Source: an uncultured Thermoanaerobaculia bacterium
GTDB taxonomy: Bacteria; Acidobacteriota; Thermoanaerobaculia; Thermoanaerobaculales; Sulfomarinibacteraceae
Reading direction: 5' to 3'
Length of the DNA stretch: 64,000 nucleotides
NCBI GenBank assembly: GCA_964440565.1
Contig: CAYTTB010000003.1
Span: 70,353 to 134,352 of the forward strand
In this document: one piece after another, positions 17,959 through 26,975 of the stretch
How the letters are laid out: each line of letters starts with the position of its first letter
How positions within the stretch are numbered: the stretch's first letter is position 1
Translations under genes and position numbers: made by a program
The notes under the pieces: generated by a model
Told to the model about the DNA's origin: nothing
The model's database searches: none
The model's input: only the letters and a program-made list of their open reading frames with translations

Positions 17959-19818
17959 ATGGCGTACCGACGTGCGGTGGGTGCGGACGCATTCCGGGGG
18001 TTGCTCCACCGGCTGGAGCCCGATTACCGCGACCCGCCGCCCCCCGTCGAACCCGAGGTGGGCGAGCGGATCCGGCGGCGGCTCGCGGTGCTGTACGGGC
18101 AGCGGCGGGCGGATCCGGTGGCGCGCGAGGTGGAGCGCCTGATCCGGGTCCACCGTGCCTACCAGACCCGGGAGATCGTGGAGCTCGAGGCGCGCTTCGA
18201 TCCCTCCGAGCGGTTCACCGAGCGGGACGTGGTGCTCATCACCTACGGCGACCTGATCGTGGAGGACGGGAAGCGGCCGCTCGAGGCGCTGGCCGACTTC
18301 GTCACCACCTTCTTCCGGGGACTGGTGACCACCCTTCACATCCTGCCGTTCTACCCGTACTCGTCGGATCGCGGGTTCTCGGTGATCTCGTACGAGGAGG
18401 TGGACCCGAGGCTCGGGTCGTGGGAGGAGATCGAGGAGCTGGAGGCCGAGTTCAAGCTGATGCTGGATGGCGTGTTCAACCACGTCTCGGCCAGGAGCTA
18501 CTGGTTCCAGCAGTTCCTGAACGGAGATCCCGAGTACCGGGACTGGTTCATCACCTTCACCACCCGCGACGCCGTGCCCGAGAGCTACCTCAAGCTCCTC
18601 ATGCGTCCGCGCACGACGCCGGTGCTCAGCCGCGTCCATACCATCGACGGCCCGCGCTGGGTGTGGACCACCTTCTCGGCCGACCAGGTGGACCTCAACT
18701 TCCGCAACCCCAGGGTCCTGCTCAAGGTGCTGGAGATCCTGCTCTACTACGTCCGCCGGGGCGCCGACCTGATCCGCCTCGATGCGGTGACCTACCTGTG
18801 GCACGAGCTGGGGACGAGCTGCGCCCACCTGCGCCAGACCCACGAGATCGTGAAGCTCTTCCGCGACGTGCTGAACGCCGCGGCGCCGCACGTGGGCCTG
18901 ATCACGGAGACCAACGCGCCCCACCGGGACAACGTGGCCTACTTCGGCGACGGCACCGACGAGGCGCAGATGGTCTACAACTTCGCGCTCCCGCCCCTGG
19001 TCCTCCACACGCTCCAGACCGGCGACGCCACGGCCCTCGCCCGCTGGGCCGCGCAGCTCGAGCCGCCCGGGGAGACCACGGCCTTCTTCAACTTCCTCGA
19101 CTCCCACGACGGCATCGGCCTCCTGGGCGCCCGCGGCATCCTGGACGACGGGGAGATCCGGGCGATGTGCGGGCGGGTGGAGGCGGGCGGCGGCCTCGTC
19201 TCCTACCGCGACGCCGGCGGACGCCCCGAGCCGTACGAGCTCAACGTCACCTGGTTCTCCGCGCTGAACCCGGAGGGGTGCGACGATCCGGTCGAGGTGC
19301 AGGTGGACCGCTTCCTCGCCTCGCGCGCCATCGCGCTGGCGCTGCAGGGTGTACCCGGCATCTACCTGCCGGGCCTCTTCGGCACCAGGAACGACCTGGA
19401 GGCGGTCTGCCGGGAGGGCTCCCGGCGCGCCATCAACCGCCCCGCGCTGGATGCCCGGCGTCTCGAGGCCGCCTTCGCCGACCCGGGCTCGGTGCACTCG
19501 CGGATCGCGCACGGGTACCTGCACCTCCTGGCGCTGCGGACGCGTGAGGCCGCGTTCCACCCCGCGGCCCCGCAGCGGGTGCTTCGCGAGCTGGCCCCGG
19601 AGGTGTTCGGGCTCGTCCGGACGGCGCGCGACGGAGGCTCGCGGGTGATCGCCCTGGTGAACGTGACGCCGCGGGAGGTCGCGGTGCGGCTCGACGCCGC
19701 CCGGGTGGGTGGGCTGGGGGAGCGCGTGCGCGACCTCGTCTCGGGGGGCGAGCACCGCCCGCGCGAGGGCCGCCTGGAGCTCCGCCTCGGCCCGTACCGG
19801 GTCGCCTGGCTCCGGTAG
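17959..19818 (+). CDS. GH13 sucrose-phosphorylase-family sugar phosphorylase
   Basis: Contains ILPFYPYSSDRGFSV, DGVFNHVS, nucleophile region DLIRLDAVTYLW, acid/base ITETN and FLDSHDGIG. Confidence 0.85.
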   Translation: MAYRRAVGADAFRGLLHRLEPDYRDPPPPVEPEVGERIRRRLAVLYGQRRADPVAREVERLIRVHRAYQTREIVELEARFDPSERFTERDVVLITYGDLIVEDGKRPLEALADFVTTFFRGLVTTLHILPFYPYSSDRGFSVISYEEVDPRLGSWEEIEELEAEFKLMLDGVFNHVSARSYWFQQFLNGDPEYRDWFITFTTRDAVPESYLKLLMRPRTTPVLSRVHTIDGPRWVWTTFSADQVDLNFRNPRVLLKVLEILLYYVRRGADLIRLDAVTYLWHELGTSCAHLRQTHEIVKLFRDVLNAAAPHVGLITETNAPHRDNVAYFGDGTDEAQMVYNFALPPLVLHTLQTGDATALARWAAQLEPPGETTAFFNFLDSHDGIGLLGARGILDDGEIRAMCGRVEAGGGLVSYRDAGGRPEPYELNVTWFSALNPEGCDDPVEVQVDRFLASRAIALALQGVPGIYLPGLFGTRNDLEAVCREGSRRAINRPALDARRLEAAFADPGSVHSRIAHGYLHLLALRTREAAFHPAAPQRVLRELAPEVFGLVRTARDGGSRVIALVNVTPREVAVRLDAARVGGLGERVRDLVSGGEHRPREGRLELRLGPYRVAWLR

Positions 19819-19828
19819 GATCGGCCGC

Positions 19829-20569
19829 ATGTGGGCCGCACCGCTCGCCTTCCTGCTCATCTCCGGGGTGTTCTCCATGCTCGGGATGGGCGGCTCGCAG
19901 CTGTACATCCCCATCCTCTACTGGCTGGGGATGGGTTTCGTGCACGAGGCGATCCCGCTCGGCCTCCTGCTCAACACGCTGACCACCGCGTCCGCCTCGG
20001 TGACCTACCTGCGGCGGGGGATGGTCCGGATGGGGCTCGCGCTGCCCTTCGCCGTCACGATGGTGGTCGCCGCGCCGGTCGGAGCGGCGCTGACGCTGGA
20101 GGCCCCGGTGCGGACGGTGGTGGCGGCGTTCGCGCTGGTGACCCTGACCGGGGCGGTGATCGTGCTGACCGGCTGGCGGCCGCGGCGGAAGGTGGAGGGA
20201 CGGCTCGCGGAAGTGACTCTGGGCGTGGTCGTGGGGACGGGCCTCGGGCTGCTCACGGGGTTCACGGGCCGGGGGGGCGGGGCGCTGGTGGTGCCGGTGC
20301 TGCTGCTCGCCGGGTGCGACCCGCGGTGCGCCGCCGCCACCTCGGCCGTGATCGTCGCGCTCTCCTCGGCGTCGGCGCTGGCGGGGCACCTCCCCGCGGC
20401 GCGGTTCCATCCCGCCCTCACCGTGGCCTGCGTCGCCGCGGTGCTGCTGGGCTCGCAGCTCGGGTCACGTGCGATGGCGCGCCGGGTCAGCCGGGGCTCG
20501 CTGCGGTGGGGGTTCGGCCTGCTGCTGGTCGGGGTCTCGGCGGTCCTGCTCGTCCAGGCGCTCGGCTGA
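19829..20569 (+). CDS. TauE/SafE-family sulfite/anion exporter
   Basis: 246 aa with about 8 TM helices and duplicated G-rich motifs (GMGGSQLYIP, GRGGGALVVP). Confidence 0.8.
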   Translation: MWAAPLAFLLISGVFSMLGMGGSQLYIPILYWLGMGFVHEAIPLGLLLNTLTTASASVTYLRRGMVRMGLALPFAVTMVVAAPVGAALTLEAPVRTVVAAFALVTLTGAVIVLTGWRPRRKVEGRLAEVTLGVVVGTGLGLLTGFTGRGGGALVVPVLLLAGCDPRCAAATSAVIVALSSASALAGHLPAARFHPALTVACVAAVLLGSQLGSRAMARRVSRGSLRWGFGLLLVGVSAVLLVQALG

Positions 20570-20923
20570 TCACCGCCGTTCGGGCTGGTAGCGGATGATC
20601 TCCGCCCGCTCGAGCGTGATGAGCCCGCCGCAGTTGGCCTCGTCGAGCAGGGCCTCGACCCTGGCCACGAAGGGCCGGATGCGCTCCTCGCTCTCCACCA
20701 CCTCGATCACCACCGGGAGATCCTCGGAGAGGCGGAGCAGGCGGGTGGTGTGCACCACGGAGTCGGCGCCGTACCCCTCGATGCCGCGCAGCACCGTGGC
20801 GCCGGCGAGCCCCATCTCGCGGGCGAGGTAGACGATCCGCTCGTACAGCGGCGTGCCGCCCACGCGATCGCCCTCGCCGATGAAGATGCGGACCAGCTGA
20901 CCCTCGCCGTGGATCCGTGTCAT
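20570..20923 (-). CDS. DUF190 (PII-like) protein commonly paired with CrcB
   Basis: 117 aa: LVRIFIGEGDR..PLYERIV..AREMGLAGATVLRGIEGYG. Lies 8 nt downstream of crcB. Confidence 0.8.
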   Translation of the reverse strand: MTRIHGEGQLVRIFIGEGDRVGGTPLYERIVYLAREMGLAGATVLRGIEGYGADSVVHTTRLLRLSEDLPVVIEVVESEERIRPFVARVEALLDEANCGGLITLERAEIIRYQPERR

Positions 20924-20931
20924 CGCCCCTC

Positions 20932-21315
20932 CTACGCCACCCGTCCGAGCCTGAGGCCGAGCCAGCACGCCGCGAGGCCGAGTGCGAGGCTCGCCGCCAC
21001 GTTCACGGCGGCGACGCGCAGGTCGCCGAGCCGGGCCGCCTGCACGGTCTCGTAGCTGAACGTCGAGAAGGTGGTGAACGCTCCCAGCACCCCGACGGTG
21101 AGCGCGGCGCGCGCGTCGGGTCCCAGCGCGAGGCGGCCGGCGGTGGTGGCACCCATGACGAAGCCGAGCGCCAGCGAGCCGAGCGCGTTCACCGCCAGGG
21201 TACCGTACGGGAACGGGCCCTCCCGCGCGAGGTGCGCCACCCACCCGGAGAGGGCGTACCGGGCCACCGCGCCCGCCGCCCCGCCCACGGCCACCGCGAG
21301 CAGGCGCACGGTCAC
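20932..21315 (-). CDS. crcB: Fluoride ion channel CrcB/Fluc
   Basis: 127 aa with GGAAGAVARY, FPYGTLAVNALGS and GAFTTFSTFSYE. The GTG start overlaps the upstream stop (GTGA). Confidence 0.88.
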   Translation of the reverse strand: MTVRLLAVAVGGAAGAVARYALSGWVAHLAREGPFPYGTLAVNALGSLALGFVMGATTAGRLALGPDARAALTVGVLGAFTTFSTFSYETVQAARLGDLRVAAVNVAASLALGLAACWLGLRLGRVA

Positions 21316-22397
21316 CTCACCCGGTAACCGACGCTCAGGTGGAGCGCCACGTCGGTGGAGTTGTCGAACTGCACCACGTTCTCGATGAACGCCGCGGTGA
21401 GCGTGGTTCGCTCCCCGAGGGGAACGCGGGCCCCCACCAGGAGCAGGTAGGCCGGGTCCGAGAGATCCGAGCGGGTCGAGTCGCGGAACACCGAGGTGGC
21501 CCACGTGGCCTGCGCGATCCAGTTGACGCGATGGCGGGGGCTCCACAGCTCGTACCCCGCGACCAGTGTCCACAGGTCGTCCACCGAGAAGCCGGGGAGG
21601 TTCTCCACCCCGCCCAGGGCCGTGTAGGCGAGGTTCACGTGGAGCGCGCCGGGACCGAGGTCACGGCTCGCGTACGCCGCGAGCTGCCCGTCCCAGCCCC
21701 CGGAGCCGCCGAAGTGCTCCTGGCTGCCGGTGGGCGCCTTCACCGCCGCCGAGACCGCGCCCAGCCAGCCGTGCCACGGCCTGTGGGCGCGCCACTTCAG
21801 CTGGACGGTGGTGTCGCCGATGACGTTGTTGGCGGGGGCGCCGTCCCGGAAGAACGTGTGGTCACCGAACCGCATGAAGACCTGGAAGTTGTTCTGCGGG
21901 AAGCGCTCGCGGTCGGCGTTGCCGAGCCCCAGCGACCCGTGGAACGACTCGATGGTGCCGTCGGCGAAGCCGCCGCCGCGCGACTGCGCGGAGAGCTCCA
22001 CCGCGAGCTCGAGGGTGTCGGTGATCCCGTACCGGGCCCTCAGGCTCCAGCGCAGGATCTCGCCGTCGAAGAAGTAGAGGTCGCGATCGGAGTAGAGCTC
22101 CACGAGCCGTGCGAGCTCGTCCGGCGTCAGCCCCCTGCGACCGGGGGCGCGCTCGGCGCGGACCCAGTCGTGGATCTCCGGTGACATGATGAACGTGTTG
22201 GACCAGCTGGCGGAGAGCTCGAGGCCGAGGCCGCCGTCGGGGAGGGTCGTGGCGCCCTCGGGGGTGAGGGCGAGGAACAGCTGGTCGAACGGGAGCTGGT
22301 TGCGTACCGCGACCAGGCCCAGCTGCTGGGCACCGCCGGGGGCGGCCGCCAGCGCCGCGACGAGGACCAGGACGGGGAGACCGCGTCTGAGCCTCAC
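21312..22397 (-). CDS. Putative outer-membrane protein (DUF3187-like)
   Basis: Signal peptide ending GGAQQ and a beta-rich sequence. The family assignment is from memory only. Confidence 0.6.
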   Translation of the reverse strand: MRLRRGLPVLVLVAALAAAPGGAQQLGLVAVRNQLPFDQLFLALTPEGATTLPDGGLGLELSASWSNTFIMSPEIHDWVRAERAPGRRGLTPDELARLVELYSDRDLYFFDGEILRWSLRARYGITDTLELAVELSAQSRGGGFADGTIESFHGSLGLGNADRERFPQNNFQVFMRFGDHTFFRDGAPANNVIGDTTVQLKWRAHRPWHGWLGAVSAAVKAPTGSQEHFGGSGGWDGQLAAYASRDLGPGALHVNLAYTALGGVENLPGFSVDDLWTLVAGYELWSPRHRVNWIAQATWATSVFRDSTRSDLSDPAYLLLVGARVPLGERTTLTAAFIENVVQFDNSTDVALHLSVGYRVR

Positions 22398-22419
22398 GCG
22401 GGGAGGGTACCACGTCGGG

Positions 22420-23745
22420 TCAGCGCCGGCCGGCGCGTCCGCGCCACCAGGTGCGGAGGTTGTGAAGCGGTGGGGCGTCCGCCAGCGACCACAGCGCCTC
22501 GGGGTGGCGGTCCACGTCGTGCACCGCCGGCCATCCGCCCGGGTCGTACGGCTCCACCAGGCGCCCGGCGGCGTTCACCGCGAGACCGGCGAGAAGCAGC
22601 GCGAGGGCGGTGGCGCGGGCGCGGCGCCAGGTGGCGTGTCCGGTCCGGCGGGCACGCTCGAGGCCCAGCGCGGCGAGGAGGGCGAGATGGGGGGTGGCGT
22701 CCGCGAGGTACCTGGGGCCGTACCCCCACCCCCCCCACCACTCGCGGTACCAGCACGCGGCGAGGAGGGCGAGCAGGGGCGTCGCCCACGAGATCCTGGC
22801 GAGGGCCGTGGCCGGCGGCGGGCCCGCCCGGCGCGGCGCGGCGAGGACGGCGAGCGCCGCGGCCGGGAAGTACACGAGGAGGCCGGCCCCGGGCGAGACC
22901 AGCAGGCCCGCCGCCGCCGCCAGCGGGTCGGGGGCCGCGATCCCGCCCGGCCCGAGGCGGCCCAGCGCGAGCAGCAGCTGACCGAACCGCCACGGCGCCC
23001 CGAAGTGCAGCCAGGTGTACGCCCCCAGGGCCCCGGCGCCGCCGGCGGCCGGGAGGACGAAGGCGAGGAGGCCGCGCCGCCCGCTGGCAGCCGCCCACAC
23101 CGCCCACGGCAGGGCGTAGGCCGCCGCCGTGGGCCGGACCAGGACGGCGAGCCCGGCCAGCGCCCCCAGCGCCGTCCAGCGGCCGGGCCGCGGCCGGCCC
23201 CTGGCGGCGAGCGCCAGCATCGCGGCGCCCACGGCGGCGAGCGCCGTCTGCTGCCACGGCTCGCGGGAGAGGAGCCCGAGGGCCGGCGAGGCCACCGCGA
23301 GGGCGGCCGCCGCGAGCGCCGCCGGCGCCCGGCCGGCGAGGCGCCGGGCGGCGAGCCACAGCCACCCCACCGCCAGGCCCATGGCAGCGGCCGCGGCCAG
23401 GTGGGCGAGGCCCGTGCCGTACACCCACCGTGGTGGCGCTCCCGCCGCCAGCGCCGCCGCGGCCGGCGGCGCCAGGAGGAGGGCCACGCCGGGCGCGTAC
23501 GGCGCGACCCAACCGCCCAGGCGCGAGGGGAGCAGGTACACCCGGGTGGGGAGGCCGCGAGCGGCGAACCGCGGCACCACCCCGTCCAGCAGACCCGCCG
23601 AGCCCTCGAGCAGCGACTCGGTGGTCATCAGGTGGGCGACGTTGTCGCTGGAGAGCATCCGCACGGGCAGGAGCGCGTAGAGGAGCGTCGCCGCCAGGGC
23701 GACCGCGGCGGCCGTGCGGCGGTGCGGACGGTCCGCGTCAGCCAT
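22420..23745 (-). CDS. Polytopic membrane protein, possibly a GT-C/ArnT-like glycosyltransferase
   Basis: 441 aa with more than 10 hydrophobic helices and a YREWWGGWGYGPRY loop. The start overlaps the kinase stop by 8 nt. Confidence 0.5.
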   Translation of the reverse strand: MADADRPHRRTAAAVALAATLLYALLPVRMLSSDNVAHLMTTESLLEGSAGLLDGVVPRFAARGLPTRVYLLPSRLGGWVAPYAPGVALLLAPPAAAALAAGAPPRWVYGTGLAHLAAAAAMGLAVGWLWLAARRLAGRAPAALAAAALAVASPALGLLSREPWQQTALAAVGAAMLALAARGRPRPGRWTALGALAGLAVLVRPTAAAYALPWAVWAAASGRRGLLAFVLPAAGGAGALGAYTWLHFGAPWRFGQLLLALGRLGPGGIAAPDPLAAAAGLLVSPGAGLLVYFPAAALAVLAAPRRAGPPPATALARISWATPLLALLAACWYREWWGGWGYGPRYLADATPHLALLAALGLERARRTGHATWRRARATALALLLAGLAVNAAGRLVEPYDPGGWPAVHDVDRHPEALWSLADAPPLHNLRTWWRGRAGRR

Positions 23746-26700
23746 GTGTCGCGGCCGCCGTCCGCGCCAGGCGGGCGAGGAGGGCGAGCCCCCGCCGCCC
23801 GGCCTCTCGCGCCACCCGCTCGAGCTCCGCCGCGCGGCGGGGGGACGGCTCGAGGCGGGCGAGCTCCAGGCGCGCCTCCAGCTCCCGGCGTACCATCCCC
23901 CGTCCCGCCGCGCGCCGCGCCACGCCCCGGAGCCGCTCGCGGGCGTTCGCCTCGCCCCGTGCCGCGGCCACCCGTGCCGCCGCCAGCTCCACGAAGGAGG
24001 CCGTGCGCCACCCGCTACCCTCGGCGAGCGAGACGGCCTCCGCGGCGCGTCGCCCCGCCGCGCCGAGGTCCCCGAGCGCCGCCGCGGCCTCGGCGGCGAT
24101 GGCGAGGGCGCGGGCCCGGCCCTCCCGTCCCGCGGCGCCGAGCCCCTTCCAGCGTTCCTCGGCGCGCCCGGCCAGCGCCAGCGCGCCGGACGCGTCCCCC
24201 CGGGCCAGCCGCACCTCGGCGCGGGCCGTCTCCACCTCCGCGAGGAGCCTGGGGTCCCCGCCGGGGCGGTGCCCGCCGCGACCCTCGAGCCGGGAGGCCA
24301 CCTCGTCCAGCCGGGCCTCGGCCTCGCCGAGGCGGTCGGCGAGACGCAGCGCGTCGGCCTGGACGAGGAGCGCCTGGATCGCGGTGGCGCCGCGCCCGAT
24401 CCGGTCGGCGAGCCGCGCGGCCCGGGTCGCGAGCTCGAGCGCCTCGGCCGGGTCGCCCTGGTCGAGGCGCACCAGGGCCAGGTTGTTCAGCACCACCGCC
24501 TCGGCGACCCGCTGCTGGATCTCCCGCGCCGTCTCGAGCGCGCGGCGGTAGGCGCGCTCCGCGGCCGCGAGGTCGCCCAGCTGCAGCGAGACGTTGCCGA
24601 GGTTGGCCAGCGCACCGATCAGGCGCAGGCGATCCCCGGCGCGCTCCGCGGCGTCGCGCACCTGCTCGAGAAGCGTGCGTGCCGCCGGGAGGTCGCCGCG
24701 CGACTGCGCCGCCACCGCCAGCACGGTGAGGGCGTCCCCGACGAGCCCCACGTGGCCCGCCGCCTCGGCGGTGGCCCGGGCGGCGCGGGCGGCGGCCTCC
24801 GCCTCGTCCAGCCGGGCGAGGCGCAGCAGGGCGCGTGCCGCCTCGAGCCGCGCCTGTGCCACCACCAGCCGCTGCGACAGCTCCTCGGCCCGGCGCTCGG
24901 CCCGCCGCGCCGCCTCGAGCTGGCGCTCGGGCTCGGAGCGGACCGCGGCGGCCCGGGCCTCGAGGAGGTCGAGGCGCGGGTCGCGGCCCGCGGGCGCCGG
25001 CAGGCGGCGCAGCTCGGCCACCGTCGCCAGGGCCTCGTCCGGACGCCCCGCACGGACCTGGGCGTTGGCGAGGGCGAGGCCGTGGGCGAGCTCGTCGGGG
25101 TACAGCGTCCGGAGGGCGGCGTAGATCTTCGCGGCCGCCGTCCAGTCGTGGGTCGCCTCGCGGTGGCGGGCCTGGATGAGGAGCCTCTGCTCGCGGGGCA
25201 GGCTCGCGGCGAGCTGCTCGGCCCGCTTCGCCTCCTCGCGGGCCCGCGTCTCGTACCCGAGCTGGCTCCACGCGGTGGAGAGGGCCACGTGGACCAGCGG
25301 GCTCGAGGGGGCGAGCTCGGCGGCGCGCCGCAGCGCGTCCAGCGCCGCCACCGCGTCGAACCGGCGCAGGGCCTCGAGCCCCTCGGCGTACAGCCGTGCC
25401 GCCTGCGGGGAGGTGGGGAACGACGCCCGCAGCGTCGGCGCGGCCTCCCCGCCGGCCACGCCCAGCCGCGCCCGCAGCGTCGCGCCCGCCGCGGCCACGA
25501 GCTCGAGCAGCGCGCCCTCGCGGCCGCGCTCGGTGCACGAGGCCACGATCTCGCCGGTGCGCGCGTCCTGGACCACCGCGTCCACCCGGAGCTCGCCCTC
25601 GGGGGCGGCGGCGGGCCGCACGTACAGGTAGCTGCCGCTCACCACCAGGTCCGCCCCGAGACGGTGACGGATCCGGGCCAGCGTCTCCTCCCCGAGCGGT
25701 CCTCCGGCGGGCAGGCCGAGGTCGGCCCGGGCCCTGGCCACCCTGTCCCCGGGTACGGTGCGGAGGCGCCCGCTGCTTCCGAGCTCCATCGCCACCGTCT
25801 CCGCGAGGGCGGTGGAGAGCCAGGCGGCGTCCGGGTTGCCGGAGAGGTTGCGGAAGCCGAGCACGGCGACGGCCGGGCGCCCCCCGGTCCGGGCGTGGAC
25901 ACGGCCCCGGTGCCCGGGCAGGATCTCCAGGAGCGCCACCCCGGCGACCAGGACGGCGGCGGCGGCCCCCGCGGCCACCGTCCGCCAGGGGAACCGGCGT
26001 GGGGCAGCCACGGGCCCGCCGGCGCCGAGGGCGGCGGCCACCTCCGCGGCGTCGCGGTAGCGGGCGCGCGGATTCCGGGCGAGGCAGCGCAGGATGACCC
26101 GCTCCAGCTCGGGCGGCACCTCGGGGGCGACGGTGCGGGGCGGGCGGGGCATCTCGCGCAGCCGCTTCACGGCGATGGAGAGCGGCGAGTCGCCGGTGAA
26201 CGGACGCTCGCCGGTGACCATCTCGTAGAGCACCACGCCGAGGGCGTAGACGTCGGTGGCGGGAGCGATCCGCTCGCCCGCGACCTGCTCCGGGGCCATG
26301 TAGTCGGGCGTGCCCACCACCACGCCCTCGACGGTGAGCGACGCCTCGGTGGAGGCGCCGCTCTGGAGGCGGGCGAGGCCGAAGTCGGTGACCACCACCC
26401 GCTCCCCACCCGCCTCGGGCACCAGCATGACGTTGGACGGTTTCAGATCCCGGTGCACCACCCCGATCCTGTGGGCGGCGGCGAGGCCCAGGGCGGCCTC
26501 CCCCGCGATCCGCGCGGCCTCCGCCGGCTCGAGGCGGCCCTCGCGGGCGAGACGCTCGGCGAGGGTCTCGCCCTCGAGCAGCTCCATCGAGAGGAACAGG
26601 AGCTCGCGCTGCGGTCCGCCGTCCCGCTCGGGGTCGTGGCGGAACAGGTCGTAGATCCGGCAGACGTTGCGATGGGTGACGCGGCGGGCGAGCTGGATCT

Positions 26701-26974
26701 CGCGCGTGAACCGGCGCACCGAATCCTCGCGCCGCGCGAGCTCCGGCCGGAGCGTCTTGAGCGCCACCCGCTCGCCGAGGACGGTGTCCTCCGCCTCGTA
26801 CACCTCGCCCATCCCACCCGCCGCGATGAAGCGGACGATCCGGAAGCGGCGGGCGAGGAGCTCGCCCTCCTCGAGGCGCGGGGCCTGGGGACGCTCGAGA
26901 CGGGAGGTGGGGAGGTCCTCCCGCGCCGGGCCCTCCGCGGGCGGAGCGTCGCGGTCTCCGTCCCCGGGGCTCAA
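23738..26974 (-). CDS. Hanks-type Ser/Thr protein kinase with TM helix, periplasmic-type sensor region and long TPR array
   Basis: GGMGEVY, VALKTL, HRDLKPSNVML, DFGLARL and PDYMAPEQ. Then a TM helix (AAAAVLVAGVALL), VAVLGFRNLSG, and about 600 aa of TPR-like repeats. Confidence 0.9.
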   Translation of the reverse strand: MSPGDGDRDAPPAEGPAREDLPTSRLERPQAPRLEEGELLARRFRIVRFIAAGGMGEVYEAEDTVLGERVALKTLRPELARREDSVRRFTREIQLARRVTHRNVCRIYDLFRHDPERDGGPQRELLFLSMELLEGETLAERLAREGRLEPAEAARIAGEAALGLAAAHRIGVVHRDLKPSNVMLVPEAGGERVVVTDFGLARLQSGASTEASLTVEGVVVGTPDYMAPEQVAGERIAPATDVYALGVVLYEMVTGERPFTGDSPLSIAVKRLREMPRPPRTVAPEVPPELERVILRCLARNPRARYRDAAEVAAALGAGGPVAAPRRFPWRTVAAGAAAAVLVAGVALLEILPGHRGRVHARTGGRPAVAVLGFRNLSGNPDAAWLSTALAETVAMELGSSGRLRTVPGDRVARARADLGLPAGGPLGEETLARIRHRLGADLVVSGSYLYVRPAAAPEGELRVDAVVQDARTGEIVASCTERGREGALLELVAAAGATLRARLGVAGGEAAPTLRASFPTSPQAARLYAEGLEALRRFDAVAALDALRRAAELAPSSPLVHVALSTAWSQLGYETRAREEAKRAEQLAASLPREQRLLIQARHREATHDWTAAAKIYAALRTLYPDELAHGLALANAQVRAGRPDEALATVAELRRLPAPAGRDPRLDLLEARAAAVRSEPERQLEAARRAERRAEELSQRLVVAQARLEAARALLRLARLDEAEAAARAARATAEAAGHVGLVGDALTVLAVAAQSRGDLPAARTLLEQVRDAAERAGDRLRLIGALANLGNVSLQLGDLAAAERAYRRALETAREIQQRVAEAVVLNNLALVRLDQGDPAEALELATRAARLADRIGRGATAIQALLVQADALRLADRLGEAEARLDEVASRLEGRGGHRPGGDPRLLAEVETARAEVRLARGDASGALALAGRAEERWKGLGAAGREGRARALAIAAEAAAALGDLGAAGRRAAEAVSLAEGSGWRTASFVELAAARVAAARGEANARERLRGVARRAAGRGMVRRELEARLELARLEPSPRRAAELERVAREAGRRGLALLARLARTAAATHG

Positions 26975-26975
26975 C

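Noticed and set aside
21316-22419. Expected fluoride riboswitch upstream of crcB.
   Set aside because: crcB overlaps the preceding OMP gene, and the 22-nt gap at 22398-22419 is too short. No GGxGAUG...CUGAUGAU-like pattern was seen by eye.
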